Assembly (NCBI RefSeq): GCF_009914755.1
Contig: NC_060943.1
Strand: one strand, 5' to 3'
Length of the DNA: 64,000 nt
DNA from: the human T2T-CHM13v2.0 reference genome, Homo sapiens
This document shows positions 26,380 to 40,996 of this stretch, piece by piece. Both the position numbers and the translations under genes were made by a program. The notes below the pieces were generated by a model. The model was not told the origin of the DNA and did no database searches. It worked only from the letters and a program-made list of their open reading frames with translations. Positions within the stretch are counted from its first letter, which is position 1. Every line of letters begins with the position of its first letter.

Positions 26380-27200
26380 GGAAGTATGTGTGTGTGCACG
26401 TGTGCATGTGTCTGTGTGTGTGTCTGGGTGTCTGTGTGGGTGTCTGGCCTGTGCTGTGGGGTGGGTGGATGTGAGCGCGTATATGTCTATGTGTGTGTCT
26501 GGCCTATACTCTCCACATGTGTGTTTGTGAGTGTGTGTGTTTGGCCTGTACTGTGGGTGGGTGTGAGCATATGGATCATGTGGGTGGGTGTGTTTGTGTG
26601 GATGTCTGGCCTGTGCTGTGGGATAAACGGGTGTGAGCATGTGGGTGTGTGTGTCTGGCCTGTGATGTGGGGTGGGTGGGTATGAGCGTGTGTGTGTGTG
26701 TCTGTGTCTATGTCTGTGTGTGTGTGTGTGTTTCTGCCCTGTGCTGTAGGGTGGGTGGGTGTGAACGTGTGTGTGTGTCTCTGGCCTGTGCTGTGGGGTG
26801 GGTGTGAGCATGTGTGTGTTTGTGTCTGTGTGTGTCTCTGTGTGTATGTCTGGCCTGTGCTGTGGGGTGGGTGGGTGTAAGTGTATGTCTGTATGTGTGT
26901 TTCTGTGTGTGTCTGGCCTGTACAGTGTGAGTGTATGTTTGGCCTGTATCATGTGGATGGGAGTGAGCATACAGGTAATGTGGGTCTGTGTGTCTGCGTG
27001 GGTGTGTGTCTGTGTGGGTGTCTGGCCTGTGCTGTGGGCTAAATGGGTAATGAGTATGTGGGTGTGTGTGGGGGGAGGGAGGTATCTGGCCTGTGCTGTG
27101 GGGTGGGTGTGAGCGTGTGTGTGTGTGTGTGTTTCTAGCCTGTGCTATGGGGTCAGTGGGAGCGTGTGTGTCTGTGTGTGTGTGTTCCTGGAGTGAGGGG
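26380..27200. repeat. GT-rich compound minisatellite (gtctggcctgtgctgtggggtgggt separated by (TG)n)
   Basis: More than ten recurrences of ggcctgt-anchored units. Confidence 0.93.
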
Positions 27201-28559
27201 TGTGCATTGTGTGTGAGCCCGCGTCCATGCCGGGTGTGGGCTGTGTGCAGTCTGAGTCCTGCCCGTCTCCAGGACCATCTCGTGCACCTGCTCCTCGTCT
27301 CTCCCTGCCCATTCGCTGGCCATTTTGTGGATGTCACCTGGAAGGGGCCAACTGATCAGAGACCCTAGAAAGGGCCACTGGCAGCTCCCAGGGGCAAAGG
27401 AGGCCCATTGAGTTGGGAGAAGAACAGCCCAAGCCCCAGGGCCCTCCCCAGCTTGGTCCCCCTGTGGGCCCCTCCGGGCGGCCCCAGGGAAGTCCCTGCC
27501 AGGCCTCTGCCCTTGAGTGGCTGAGACCTCCTGGATGGGAGCCCCACTCTCTGAGTGGTGACGAGAACAGACGTCCCAAAGCCTAGGGTCCCTCCTGGGG
27601 CTTGGGAGCCCCAAAGGCCTTGAGTATCCTGGGGAGATAGGATTCAAGGTCCACACAGATGGTCAGGTGGGAAACTCGGGCAGTTCTGGCTCCCCCCAGC
27701 TCCCCCTCCTCCCTGCTGTCTCGACAGGGTTTGGTGGCCCATACAGGGCCTGTCCAAGGGGCCCAGGACAAAGTCAGGCAGGCAGTGGACAGGGGGTCCC
27801 CCATCATCTCCCCCTACTCTCAGGCAGGGTTTGCCAATTTCATCCTCAGGGCTGAGCCCCTTGGTGGGGGACAGGAGCCTGTGGAGCCCATGGTTCTGAG
27901 GCCTGGAGGCGGCCTCACCTCACTGCCCCTATCTCTTCTTGGCCCCTTCCTCTTCAGGGAGCACTCGTGGTGAACCCAGCGAACATCCTGCTGGCGTCCC
28001 TCACTCCTCCACTGCTCTACAAGCCCAGGGGACCCAGAGCTGGGCACAAGAGGCTGTGTTGAACCACGGGATCCAGAAATGGGCAAAGGTGAAAGTTGGG
28101 GGTGGGGTAGTCTGGGCTCAAGTAACACTGCCCCTACCTCCGGGGACTCCCAGCTGATGGGTACCATGACTCCTGAATGAGGAATAGGCAGGCGCCCCGG
28201 GGAGCAGGGTGTGGGGAGAGGACTGTATGTTAGCCCCACTGCCCTGCCCGGGCCGGGGAGGGGGTGTGGGAGCCCTGAGCTGGGTTCTTCACACTGCCCT
28301 GGCCTGGCTGCTTGTTGGCCCTTCTCACTGCCCAGGGCACGCTTTGCACAAGAGGCTCTGTTGGGAGATGGCAGCAGAGGGGGACCCGGGGTCTGGGCCA
28401 GGCCGGGGCTACTAGGGGACTATCCTCCTGCCTCTCCTTCACCCTGGGCCGGCCTCAGGAAAGGAGGAGCAGGGGAGCAGCTGGAGGTGCCAAGAGCTCT
28501 GGAAGCTAGGGAAGGGGGCAGGGGGCAGGGGCAGAGGGCAGAGAGAGCAACTTCCTGTC

Positions 28560-29240
28560 ACGGGCCTGGGCGACCCTTCCGCGCCACCTGGGTATGCCAG
28601 CCTGAGTCAAGTGGACAGTGAGTGCTGAGCGTGGAGAAGTGCAGGTGCGTGCGCGAGGTGTTTAAAGAGGAGACCAAGGGACTGGGACCCTGAGTGTGTC
28701 GGGGGTGCAGGTGTCGGGGGTCACTCGTGCTGGGTGCTGCGCTGTGGCCTCGTGTGCGTTGCCCAGTGCCCCTCTCCCAGCGGTGCTGTCCACTCATGCC
28801 TCGCTCTACTGTATAGGTGAGAAGACTGAGGCACAGAAAGGCGTGGCCAGAGCTGTGCAGCGCAGGAGTTGGAGCTGGGATTGCGCCCAAGCGGCCGGCA
28901 GGGGCTCCCTCGCGTTCGTACCCACAGGCGCAGAGCCGTTCTCCGCCGCCAGGTGGGGCTAAGTCCCCGCTCCCGAGCAGCGGCTTGGGGATCCCCGGCG
29001 GGGCCGCCAGGTGGCAGCAGCGCTCTGGCCGCGCGGCTCCAGCTCCCGGGCGCCCCGCGTCCCCAGCCTCCCCACCGCGCAGTCGGCTCCTCTGTCACCT
29101 CGCCCTCCCAACCATGGGGTCACGGGGCTCCCGCCCCTCCATTGTCTGCGGGCGGCCTCCAGAGGTTACTCTCAAACCCACCAGCTCCAGGGGACCCGCC
29201 TGTGCTAACACTAAGCCCCCAAACACCCGCAGCGCCCCTA
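28560..29240. promoter_or_regulatory. Small intergenic CpG island with CTCF-like motifs
   Basis: Elevated CpG; GGCCGCCAGGTGGCAGCA at 29002-29019 and CCGCCAGGTGGGGCTA at 28946-28961. Confidence 0.65.
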
Positions 29241-29319
29241 AAGCAGTGACATCCACAACCTCCCCGGGGGCTTGTCCTGCACGCTCCATCAGGGTGATGT
29301 CAGGCCTTCTCCAACCTCA

Positions 29320-29659
29320 ACCACAACACGAACGCACACGCGCAAACACAAATGCATGCACACACACAGGCACAGACGCACAGACACACACAACCACACA
29401 CACAGACACACAGACACCCATCCTCACAAACACACACCCAGACAGATATGCAGACACACGCATGCACACAGACCCAGATGCACGCGGACACACAGACACA
29501 CACGTAAACACACAGAAACATGCACGGCTCAGGACGGGGCTTCTTGCTGCATTGAAATAAATGGGAAGAACCGGAAGGTCCCTCACTGTCTCAGCCAAGT
29601 GCATGCACTTCCCACGCTGAGCCCTGTCCTCCACTTCCCCTCCTGCACTGGCCAGAGGT

Positions 29660-29714
<55 letters not shown>
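29320..29714. repeat. CA-rich low complexity plus a perfect (CA)n at ~29668-29714
   Basis: Directly visible. Confidence 0.9.
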
Positions 29715-29716
<2 letters not shown>

Positions 29717-30464
29717 AGATCCCAGTCCCTTAGCCTACTCCTTAAGCACCTCCCGCGCTCACCTGCGCCCTCTCTGCACACACAGCAGGCTTTCCCATCA
29801 GCAGAAAACAAGCTGTCAATGCCCCACCTTTAAAAACGGGGAAGCCGTAGCCAGATGGCCCCTGCAGCGCCTGCCCATTTCTCTCCTCTCCTTCCTGGCA
29901 GAACCCACCCCTCAGCCCCCATGGCTTCACCTCCTTTTCCACTCTGGACCCCACCCTGGCCTGCCTTCCAATCTTGCCACCCGCAGAGTCCGCTGACAAG
30001 GCACCTTCCACTGCCGCACGCTGGCAATCCCAGGCACTCTTCTGCCTACACACTCCCTGGGCGAGCTCCCCATCACCCCTGTGCTAGACTCCCGGATTTG
30101 CCCCTGCAGCCCTGATCGGTAGACTCCCATGGCCAGCCGCCTCACCCCCAGCTGTCGGCACGTCCAGCGGGTGTCTCCACTTGAACGTCTCACCTGAGCC
30201 GCACACCTTTCACACCTCAAGCCCCTCCTCTCCCGGCTTCCCGGCTCAGCCTTCCCTACAAGCCCTGGATCGTCCCTTTCGCCCTGCCTCCCAAGGGCAT
30301 ACTGAATCCATGTCCATTCTCCCTCTCCAGGGCTGTCATTTAACCCAAGCCATTATCACACTAGCATCTCCTGCCTTGGCACCTAAAGTAATAAGTAACT
30401 ATGGAATTTACCGGTTTACCAGGTACTGCTCTAAGTATTTCATATTTTTTGTACCCTGCCCCTC

Positions 30465-30702
30465 GCGATCCCGGCTGACTGCAAACTCCGCCTCCTAGGT
30501 TCAAGAAATTTTCCTGCCTCAGCCCCCCGAGTAGCTGGGATCACAGGGGCCTGCCACCACACCGGGCTAATTTTTGTATTTTTAATAGAGACGGAGTTTC
30601 ACCATGTTGGACAGGCTGGTCTCAAACTCCCGACCTCAAGTGATTCACTCGCCTCGGCCTCCCAGAGTGCTGGGATTACAGGCTTAAGCCACCTCGCCTG
30701 GC
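30465..30702 (-). mobile_element. Alu lacking its 3' tail
   Basis: Antisense Alu consensus. Confidence 0.9.
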
Positions 30703-30714
30703 TAGCGTTTCACA

Positions 30715-30900
30715 TATAAGAGCTTATCTAATCCTCACTACAACCCTGGAAGACCGTTATCATCCTCCCCATTTTTTGCAGATGAAGACATTGAGACACA
30801 GAGAGGTTAAGTAATCTGCCCAAGGCCACACAGCTATAATGGGGATCTTCCAGAATTCAGAGCCTGATGGTTTGGCCCTGGCTCTGTGTGCCCATGAGTG
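30715..30900 (-). mobile_element. MIR
   Basis: cccatttttgcagatgaagacattgagacacagagaggttaagtaatctgcccaaggccacacagcta MIR core. Confidence 0.85.
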
Positions 30901-32856
30901 CACAGTTCTTACTGGCTCTCTGGTGTTCCAATGGGGTAGGAGGTTTTGCGACAGCAGAGAAGGAATTGAATGGTCACTAGGGCAAGGGAAAGACAAGCTC
31001 TCTGGAGAAAGAGAGGGAGTGTCTCAGGCATTGCTTTGCACCCATTTGCAGTTTATGATGGATGTGCAGGGCACCAGCATGCCTTCCTGCTGCAGCATAA
31101 GCAAGGTCACAGCGGGGCTCCTCCTAGACCTGTGTGACAGAGGAGTGAAGGACACAGAGAATAGTCACCCAATCAGGACAAGGCTGGATGAGGAAGGGCA
31201 TCAAGACAGGAAGGGCTGATAGGCAGAGAGAAGGCGCTGGGGTCTGCGGAGGAAGTGAGGCGGGAGTTGGGGACCTGTGACCTTGGAGATGGTGTGGTTT
31301 CCTGTGGTGACAGGCAAACTGTGGCCAGGGGTGGCAGTGGCCAGGATCACGATGATGACTTTCACCTCTGCCCACCATGATAATCTCCTGGATGGAGATG
31401 ACCTCGGTTCCAGGGCTTGTGAACAAGTCACGCCCCACAGAGGGACCCTCTTCAGCCTCCTCTGGGGTCTGGTGACACGGTGGTCCTGTACCTGTGCCTC
31501 TGGCTCCATCAGTTCACACTTGCTACCTGCCTGCTTACCTGCCTGCTGTCACCTGTTCCAGCCTGTATCCACCTGCCTGTGACTACCTGAGTTTGCCTGT
31601 GACCACCCACACCCATCTGTCTCTCTCTGCCTTGGTGGGTGGTGGTTTTGGGGCTACAGGTCAGCCCCCTCCTCCGCGTGCAGGGCCTGAGAGCAGGGGC
31701 GTGGGAGACGGAGTCTGCCAATCTGGCCGCACCAGCTGGAGATGAGCCCAGGACTGCTGACGCCTCCAGCCTGCCTCTGGGGAGACCATGCTGTGTGGAT
31801 GACAGTCCCCTAAGACCCGGAAGCGAGCCACGTCTGGGAGGATGAGATGGGGTCGGCAAATCTGGGCCGGGAGGGAAGGCTGCATTCTTGCTCTCCAAAC
31901 CGATGTGCTGAATTTTACTTTTCCTTTTAGTTATTTCTTCTTCTTAAATCCTGTTTCTCTCCCTGAGGCAGCTAATCTATTATTTAACATCGGATTGTGG
32001 GATTGAAACTCCAAGGCAAATTGAAAATTATTTGTGTTTGAGGTTTCAGGCGTGAAGCTGAGGCAACCATTTCTGAGAGATCCTGAGAACCCGGGCAAAG
32101 GTAGCGAACCCACAGCACTGTTCCTGGAAGGGGCTGAGAGGACTGGGGTGCAGGAAGCGTTCCACAGACCTGGCAGGCTGGGGGGCCCCGCTATGCTCCA
32201 GCCTTGCCCACCCAAAGCCCGCAGCTCGGGGGTCATTAATCTCCATGTGGCATTTCACTTGGGAAATGCTGTCAACACCTCCCACTGGCCAAAGTCCTCA
32301 AGAGGCTGGGCAGGTGCCATCAGTCACCCTGGGCCTGTGCCCACCCTGGGGGAAATGCCTCGGTCATGAGAGGATTAATGACACGAGGAGAAGGGCTCGT
32401 CATCATTTTTCAAGGTTCGGCTCTCTGTAGATCTGCAGGCAGGATTGCTGGCCTAACAGTCAGTGGAGAGTGACCCAAGGCTCTGGAGAGTGACCAAGGA
32501 ACACGGCTGAGGGTGGGGGGCCCTGGCCTGGACCCCCGCTGAGTGCCCGAAGACTGATGGAGCATGCGACCTCCTAGCGCTGGCTCTCAGGACATGAATC
32601 GGGACCAGAAGGAGGAGTGGGCTTGAGCCCAGGGGAGTGTGAACAAACACTGTGTGAGCCCCACATAGACATCTGCGGATCACGGAATGGGGGAACTGGG
32701 AGACGCCAGGTCAGGGAGATCCTTGGATTTTGGATAAGGGATAAGGAGATTGGATTTTGTGTTGGAAACAGCGGAACCATTGAAGGAGGGGTGTACTACG
32801 GTCAAGTTCCATGCCCAGAAGGATCCAGAATGAGGCTGAGGGGCTGTCTTCATCCA

Positions 32857-33200
32857 TCTTAGTCTGTCTGGGCTGCTACATCAAAAATCCCATAGACTGG
32901 GTGACTCAGACAACAAACAATTTCTCACAGTTCTGGAGGCTGAGATCAAGGCGCCAGCAGATGCAGTGTCTGGGGAGGGCCGGTTTCCTGGTTCATAGGG
33001 GGCCCTCTTCCTGCTGTGAACTCATGGCAGAAGGGGTGAGGAGCTCCCCAGGGCCTCGTTTATCAGGGTGCTAATCCCATTCACGAGGGCTCCACCCTTA
33101 GGACCTAATCACCACCAAAAGGCCCCACCTCCTCACACCATCACTTTGGGGTTGAGGATTTCAACATAGGACACAATATTGTCAGGGGACATTCGGCGCA
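32857..33200 (-). mobile_element. MLT1A-like LTR
   Basis: tctcacagttctggaggctg, aatcccattcacgagggctccaccct, ggatttcaacata motifs. Confidence 0.8.
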
Positions 33201-33377
33201 TAGAAGAGGCTATCAGCACATCTCCATCCAACACTTAGAGCGGTCACACGTGTCAGGCCTTGTGCTAGACCTGGGTGATGGCACCCTTATGCCCCCAGCT
33301 CAGAACAGAGCTGAGCATCGAGGATCTGGGACCACAGAGAAGTGGGAGGAGTCTCCCACAAGGTCCTCTGCCACCCA

Positions 33378-33701
33378 GATTTATAAAGGAAAGAGGTTTA
33401 ATCGACTCACAGTTCCACATGGCTGGGGATGCTTCAGGAAACTTACGATCATGGCAGAAAGGGAAGCAAACACGTCTTTCTTCACATGGCAGCAGGAGAG
33501 AGAAGTGCCGAGCAAAGGAGGAAAAGCGTCTTATAAAACCATCAGATCTTGTGGAACTCACTCACTATTACAAGAACAGCACGGGGGTAACCGCCCCCAC
33601 GATTCAATTACCTCCCAGTGGATCCCTCCCATGACACGTGGGGCTTATGGGAACTACAATTCAAGATAAGATTTGGGTGGAGACACAGCCAAACCATATC
33701 A
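33378..33701 (-). mobile_element. THE1 LTR (partial)
   Basis: tttataaaggaaagaggtttaat.gactcacagttccacatggctgggga...cagccaaaccatatca. Confidence 0.9.
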
Positions 33702-33804
33702 CCGTGGGATCTCAATGAAACTGCAGCCATAGCTGCCCATCATGAACTGGGTCCTGTCAGAACCACCAAGTCAAAAGGCCAAGTGGACTCAGCACCTCCT
33801 ATCA

Positions 33805-34115
<311 letters not shown>

Positions 34116-34308
34116 AAGATAGAAGTGGCACACCCAGGATCAAGTGCAAGCAGGGTGGGAGGACACAAGCGAGCTGTGTGAGCAGGGAGCCTGGGCACCT
34201 TGGGATCCCCACTGCTGCACTGAGACCTCTTCCTCAGTTTACCTCTGAGGCCATATGGTGAGGGGCATGATCAGCTAATGAAAGAGGAAAAGGCTAGAGC
34301 TTTTTTCA

Positions 34309-34650
<342 letters not shown>

Positions 34651-35658
34651 TTTTTTTTTTAAATAAAAATTCAAAATAAAAGCTGATGGTGTCTGCACTG
34701 CAGCAGTGGATGGTGTGTGCACCACAGCTCCACCCAGGAGTGGCCTGGAAAGATGGTGGTAAAGTGAAATACTCCCAGTGGGTAGAGCTTTAGACACCGG
34801 TCATCCACTTTGGTGAAAAGGGAAATGGCCTGAGTTCAGAATATACATGGACTCATGGGCAGTGGCCGATGGCTTGGCCAGATAGTCAGGAGCCTAGAAG
34901 GAGAAAGATTAGAAGTTAGGAGACAAGGGGAAGTCATGTGGATGGGACTTGGCACAAAGTGTGACGATGTCTCTCACATTAGCACTCATTGGAAGAGGCA
35001 CCAAGCAACCAAGTGGGCAGAACTACTTGGGTATGCAACATCAGCCAGCTTCTGTCATTGGCTTCTTCACGGCTGGTACAAAAAGCACACACAAGGAGGA
35101 CGTGGTGACAGGGATGGAGGTTATGCATGGGTCCAGCAACAGGGGCTCCCACTCACCATGGTTGATCTAGCTGCTGCTATTGCTGCTGCCAAATCTCCAA
35201 TTCTCCAGTAACAGAGACCCACACTAAGTCCCAAATGCAGCATCATTCCATGAGGACACCAACCTATCACTTGGTGGCAAGCCCACCACACTGGATCCCT
35301 TTCATCCTGGAAGGAGCAGTGATTCATTTTGTCAGGAATAAACACAAAGTCTGAGGATGGGTTTGCCTTTCCTGCCCACAGGGCCCGAGCCAGACCACAA
35401 GCCCAAGGGCTTACAGAGTGTCTGATGCACAGCGCAGCATCCCACGTGCCATTGCATCAGATAAAGGGACTCACTTTACAGAAAGGAGGTGCAAGGGTGG
35501 GCTGGTCATATCATCTACCGTATCCCTCCGAATCTGCTAATCTGATAAGCAATGGAAGGGCCTGTTGAAATCACAGCTTTTTGCAAAGATGAGGTGCCAT
35601 TCTCCAGATGAAAGTAGGTACCTTAAATGAACAAAAGGTGGACATGGGTCTACCTGGG

Positions 35659-36170
35659 TGTGGTAGGCAGAATCATCACCCTTTTCCCCCAAAGCGATCT
35701 GCATCCTGACTCCCAGGACCCGTGGTTATGTAACCTTACATGGCAAAGAGGACCATCTAGACAGGATGTGATTAAGTGAAGGATCTTGACGTGGGGAAAT
35801 TATCCTGGATTACCTGGGGGTGAGGGGCGGCTAATGTAATCACAAGGGTTCTCCTAGCTGCAAGAGGAAGGCAGGAGAGTCACTGTGGGAGTGATGCAGT
35901 GTGAAACGGATTCAACCAGCCTTTGCTGGCTTTGAAGACAGTGGGAGCCATGAGCCAAGGGAGCAACAGGCCCCTTGAAGCTGAGAAAGACAAGGAAATC
36001 ATTCCTCCCTGGAGCCTCTAGAGGGAATGCAGCCCTACCTACACCTTAATTTCCACCCTGGGAGACTCATGTTGGACTCCAACTTCCTGAGCTGTAAAGT
36101 AATAGATTTGTGTTGTTCTAACTCACCAGATCTGTGGTGTGTTCTCACAGCAGCAACAGGAAACCAACAC
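35659..36170 (+). mobile_element. MLT1D-like solo LTR
   Basis: tgtggtaggcagaat..., ccttacatggcaaa, attatcctggatta, aatgtaatcacaagggt, cagcagcaacaggaaac. Confidence 0.85.
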
Positions 36171-37105
36171 CCTATGTCCTAGGTAAGATGGGTCTGGGAA
36201 CCAAAGAGCGGATGCAAGAGGTCCTGCTTACCCTCATGCTCATCTGCCCACTTGGAGAACATGTGCTTCTTGTTCCCACAGACCTGGGCTCTGAGGATTT
36301 GGAAATCCTGCTTCCCACATGAGCTATGCGTCTATCAATGAACACGGCAAGAGTCCTGTGGAACTGTAAGCTGTGGCTGCTGCCTGGACACTTTAGACTG
36401 CTTGGGCTAAGACACCAGCAAGCAAGATGAGTTACCCTCTTGGCAACTTAGCTAAGTGACATCAGCCAGCTTCTGTCATTGGCCTCTTCATGGCTGGTAC
36501 AAAAAACACACACGAGGAGGACGTGGTGACAGGGATGGAGGCTATGTATAGGTCCAACAGCATGGGTTCCCACTCAGCATGGCTGACCTAGCTGCTGTTG
36601 CTCCTGCCAGATCTCCGATTCTCCAGCAGCAGAGATCGATGCTAAGTCTGGAATGCACCACCATTCCATGAGGACACCCACCCTTCACTTGGTGGCAAGC
36701 CGACCATACTGGATCGCTTTCATCCTGGAAGAAGTAGTGACTCATTTTGTCAGGAATAAATACATATTCTGAGTATAGGTTTGCATTTCCTGCCACAGGA
36801 CCTGAGCCAGACCACAAGCCCTGATCATCAGTAAGAGGGAGCATTTTTATTATACAGTGGGGCTGGGAGAAATCTATTTGGTGTCTGGTTAATCCACTTG
36901 GATGCTTTTCGATACTCCCTTGCCCAGTTTTGACAGCGAATGGGCAAGTGCAGCAACTCTGGTCTGAGAAGGTGATGTTGGCCAGAGTCTCAGACCCCTC
37001 AGGGATGAAGATCTGGTTTTTCCACCAGGTAAGCCCCTGAGACCAGGTTGCTGTTCGCTGAGGGTGCAGGAGTCCTGAAGAGATAATAAGGAGGAGAGAA
37101 GCTGA

Positions 37106-37441
<336 letters not shown>

Positions 37442-37922
37442 TAATCTAATCTTCTTCTAAGATCCCCCAGGGAGAGGCATACCAGAATCCTGGAGGAGCT
37501 GGGTCCCTTTTCTCTCCCTGCCTCTCTAGAGAGGGTTCAGCCTGGTCAGGTGGACAGCCTGCTGGAATTGGGGCTGGTTGGCTGGGACTTTGTGGTCACT
37601 TAGGTCCAGAAAAGCAGATCATGGGGACAGGCACCAGGGTTTTAAGGACATCGTTAAATACCTCACAAGACAGACCCTGGCTGCATGTCTTCTAACCCAC
37701 GATGGCCTCAGCTTAACGAGTCCTAAGAAAGAACTAGCCCTCCTTAAGTCATTCCTAGAGTTCTTCAATAGCAGCCAAACTATACACATGAACCAACCCC
37801 TCCAAACAGCATGGCTATGCAGCAGGTCAGAAGAGAAAGGCATGTTGGACTTACCACTGGGCTTTGGGGGGAGCTGCTTCACCTCCCTGGGCCTCGGTTT
37901 CCCCATGTATGGAAAGGGCCAG

Positions 37923-38336
37923 TGATATGGTCTGGATCTGTGACCCCACCACATCTCATGTTGAATTGTAATCCCCAGTGTTGGAGGGGAGGCCTGGTGG
38001 GAGGTAATTGGATCACAGGGGTGATTTATCATGAATGGTTTAGCATCATCTCTTAGTGCTGTTCTCATGATAGTGAGCGAGTTCTCCCGAGATCTGGTTG
38101 TTTAAAAGTGCGTAGCACCTTTCCCCCTCACTCTCTTGCTCCTACTCCAGCCATGTGATGTGCCTGCTTCCCCTTCACCTTCCGCCATGATTGTAAGTTT
38201 CCTGAGGCCTCCCCAGCCATGCTTCCTGTACAGCCTGCAGCACTGTACAGTGAGCCAAGATCTCTCCACCTCTTTTCTGTATAAATTACCCAGTCTCAGG
38301 TATTTCTTTATAGCAATGCAAGAATGGACTAATACA
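37923..38336 (+). mobile_element. MSTA-like solo LTR with 5-bp TSD GCCAG
   Basis: tgatatgg...ggactaataca; gccag at 37918-37922 and 38337-38341. Confidence 0.92.
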
Positions 38337-39199
38337 GCCAGCTCTTCCCAAGCCAGCACATTCCAGCACCCCACTCCAAGGAATCCAAGAATTCCAGACC
38401 GAACCCGGGCTTCCAGGTCATTATGAAGGTATATTCATCAAGGTGGGAGAATATAATGTATGTTATTAAATAGTTGCTAGCTTGATTTACACCTTTTAGG
38501 TATTTAGACATATGATACGTGGATCTCTATTTATCCTCTTCTTCTCAGCCCTGAAAATGTTAGGGGTGGGCCAAGATATGTAATACACACACATGCATAA
38601 TTTTATATAATATCTATAGTATATATAACATATGATTATATATATTATATAATTATAAATAATAGAGTAACATGTATATCATCCCAGTCTAATTCGTGTA
38701 TGGATGTGTATACATACACACACACACACACACACACATACAGATATATAGTTTATAGTCAGCTATTGCCGTGTGACAAAGACACACACAATTTCAGCGG
38801 CATACAGTGATAAGCACGAATTTCTCCTGTGTCTGTGGGAGGCTTATGCAACCCCACTCTGTGTATGTCACTCGATGGCTCCAGTCTCCAGCTGCCTGGA
38901 GCTTATTCTTATGGCCACAGCAGAAACTCCAAGTCCAGCCACAGAAGCACACTTTAAGCCTCTCCGTAAAGCCACTACCTGCTAACTCCCACTTGGTGAA
39001 GCCCCGTATCAGGGTGTGGAGAAGTTATTTCTGCCAACCACGAAGCTGTAGCAAGGGTGTAGTTGTCTCTAGGTACTACAGGGCAGGGAAAAATTGGAAT
39101 CAATAATTTAACCCATCACACATACCAAACAGAGGTTCCCTAGGAAGAAGAAAATGAGATTGTCAGGGTGTGGGGGATTAATTTGTAATTAGTTCTAAT

Positions 39200-40070
39200 T
39201 ACTAAAAGAATCGATGTTTTAATTTTTTACAAAGTATCTGTATTCCCATATTCTTTCTGTAATAAAGCAAAAATCAGAAGCCCTCAATTCTCCCCAATTC
39301 CAGTTAAAATCCTAATAAATACAATTGTTACGAGTTGATTCCTTTGGAAGACTGCCTAGCCATTTTGAAAAATAAATTCTTTTTTAGATACAGACCTCAA
39401 ACCATAGGCAGAAGTTAATTCCAAAAGGATGAGAGACCTAGATGTAAAAACAGAACTGTAAAAATTCAGAGGGCGATAATATTATGAAATATATCAAGAC
39501 GTTTTTCTTTTTTGCACTTCCTTGGGTGACCTTCTAGCTTTTCAGCCAGAGGCTCGCATTGCCTAGAGGTGGTGGCAGATGGAGGGAGGGAGACGAGGAT
39601 GAGGGAGGGAGGGAGGAGGGAAGGGGGAGGAGGAGAAGAAGAAGAGAGAGAAGACAGGGAAGAGAGGAGGGAGAGAAGGGTGACAGGGAGCTGGTTGAGG
39701 GAGGGGACACAGAGCAGGAGACAGAGGCCCCATGTGGATCAAAGGAGTGACAAGGGAGGGCCCATGCTCAGTGATATGAGAACAGCAAGAGGCAACAAAC
39801 AAGATACAAAAGGATACACACTTCCATCCCATTCATGTACAAGTTTAAAACCTACACAAGTGTTACCATTGTTTATGAACATATCCCAATGTTGCAAAAA
39901 GTATAAAAGGGTGCACAGGAGGGATACAACTGGCTGGGGAGGAAGGGAGGGGTTTAATACATCTGTATCATTTCGTATTGTTTTTTAAAGAGGATCTGAA
40001 GCAAATATTCAAAATGGTTTGTTACATTTGGGTGTCTGTTACATTATTTTTTACGTTGTGAAATGCATGC
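39200..40070 (+). mobile_element. Ancient L1M-like fragments around a GA-rich tract
   Basis: aattccaaaaggatgagagacctagatgtaaaaacagaactgtaaaa resembles L1 ORF2; weak. Confidence 0.45.
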
Positions 40071-40434
40071 ATGATGGAGGAAAGGCAGGCTGTGAATCAG
40101 TATGAATAGGTTGATCCCATACTTTAAAAGCACATGTGTGAGTGCCTGTGTGCACATCTGTGTGCTCAGGTGTGTGTGTAGGTGTCTTTTTACCTATGGT
40201 TCTGTGCATGTCTGTGTCTGTAGATTATGTGTGTGGGTGTGGTATGGGTACGTGTGTGTCTCTTTGTGTCGCTTGTGTGTGCATGTGTCTGCGTATCTGT
40301 GCAACTATATGTCCGTGTCTCTGCATATTTGTTAGTATGTGTGTCCATGTCTGTGTCTGTGCAATTGTGTCTATAGTTATGTTTCTGTATGTTTGTCATT
40401 GACTGTGTGTATTTGCACGTGTGTGTGTGTGTAA

Positions 40435-40812
<378 letters not shown>

Positions 40813-40996
40813 TAAATAGAAAAAAAACTAGATGGACAAATGTCAAATCATTGACACAGTTCTTTCTGGGAAGGGGAGACAGAGGACTTTTGTTTCCCTT
40901 TCACACATTTTATGGTGATACATTATTTTTTGATGATGATGATGATGTATTCTTTATTTATATTTTTAAATACTTTTTAAAAAGACAGTACACGGA

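Noticed and set aside
25205-27200. CRISPR-like repeat arrays
   Set aside because: Human DNA; units are contiguous or separated by microsatellite rather than unique spacers; no cas genes
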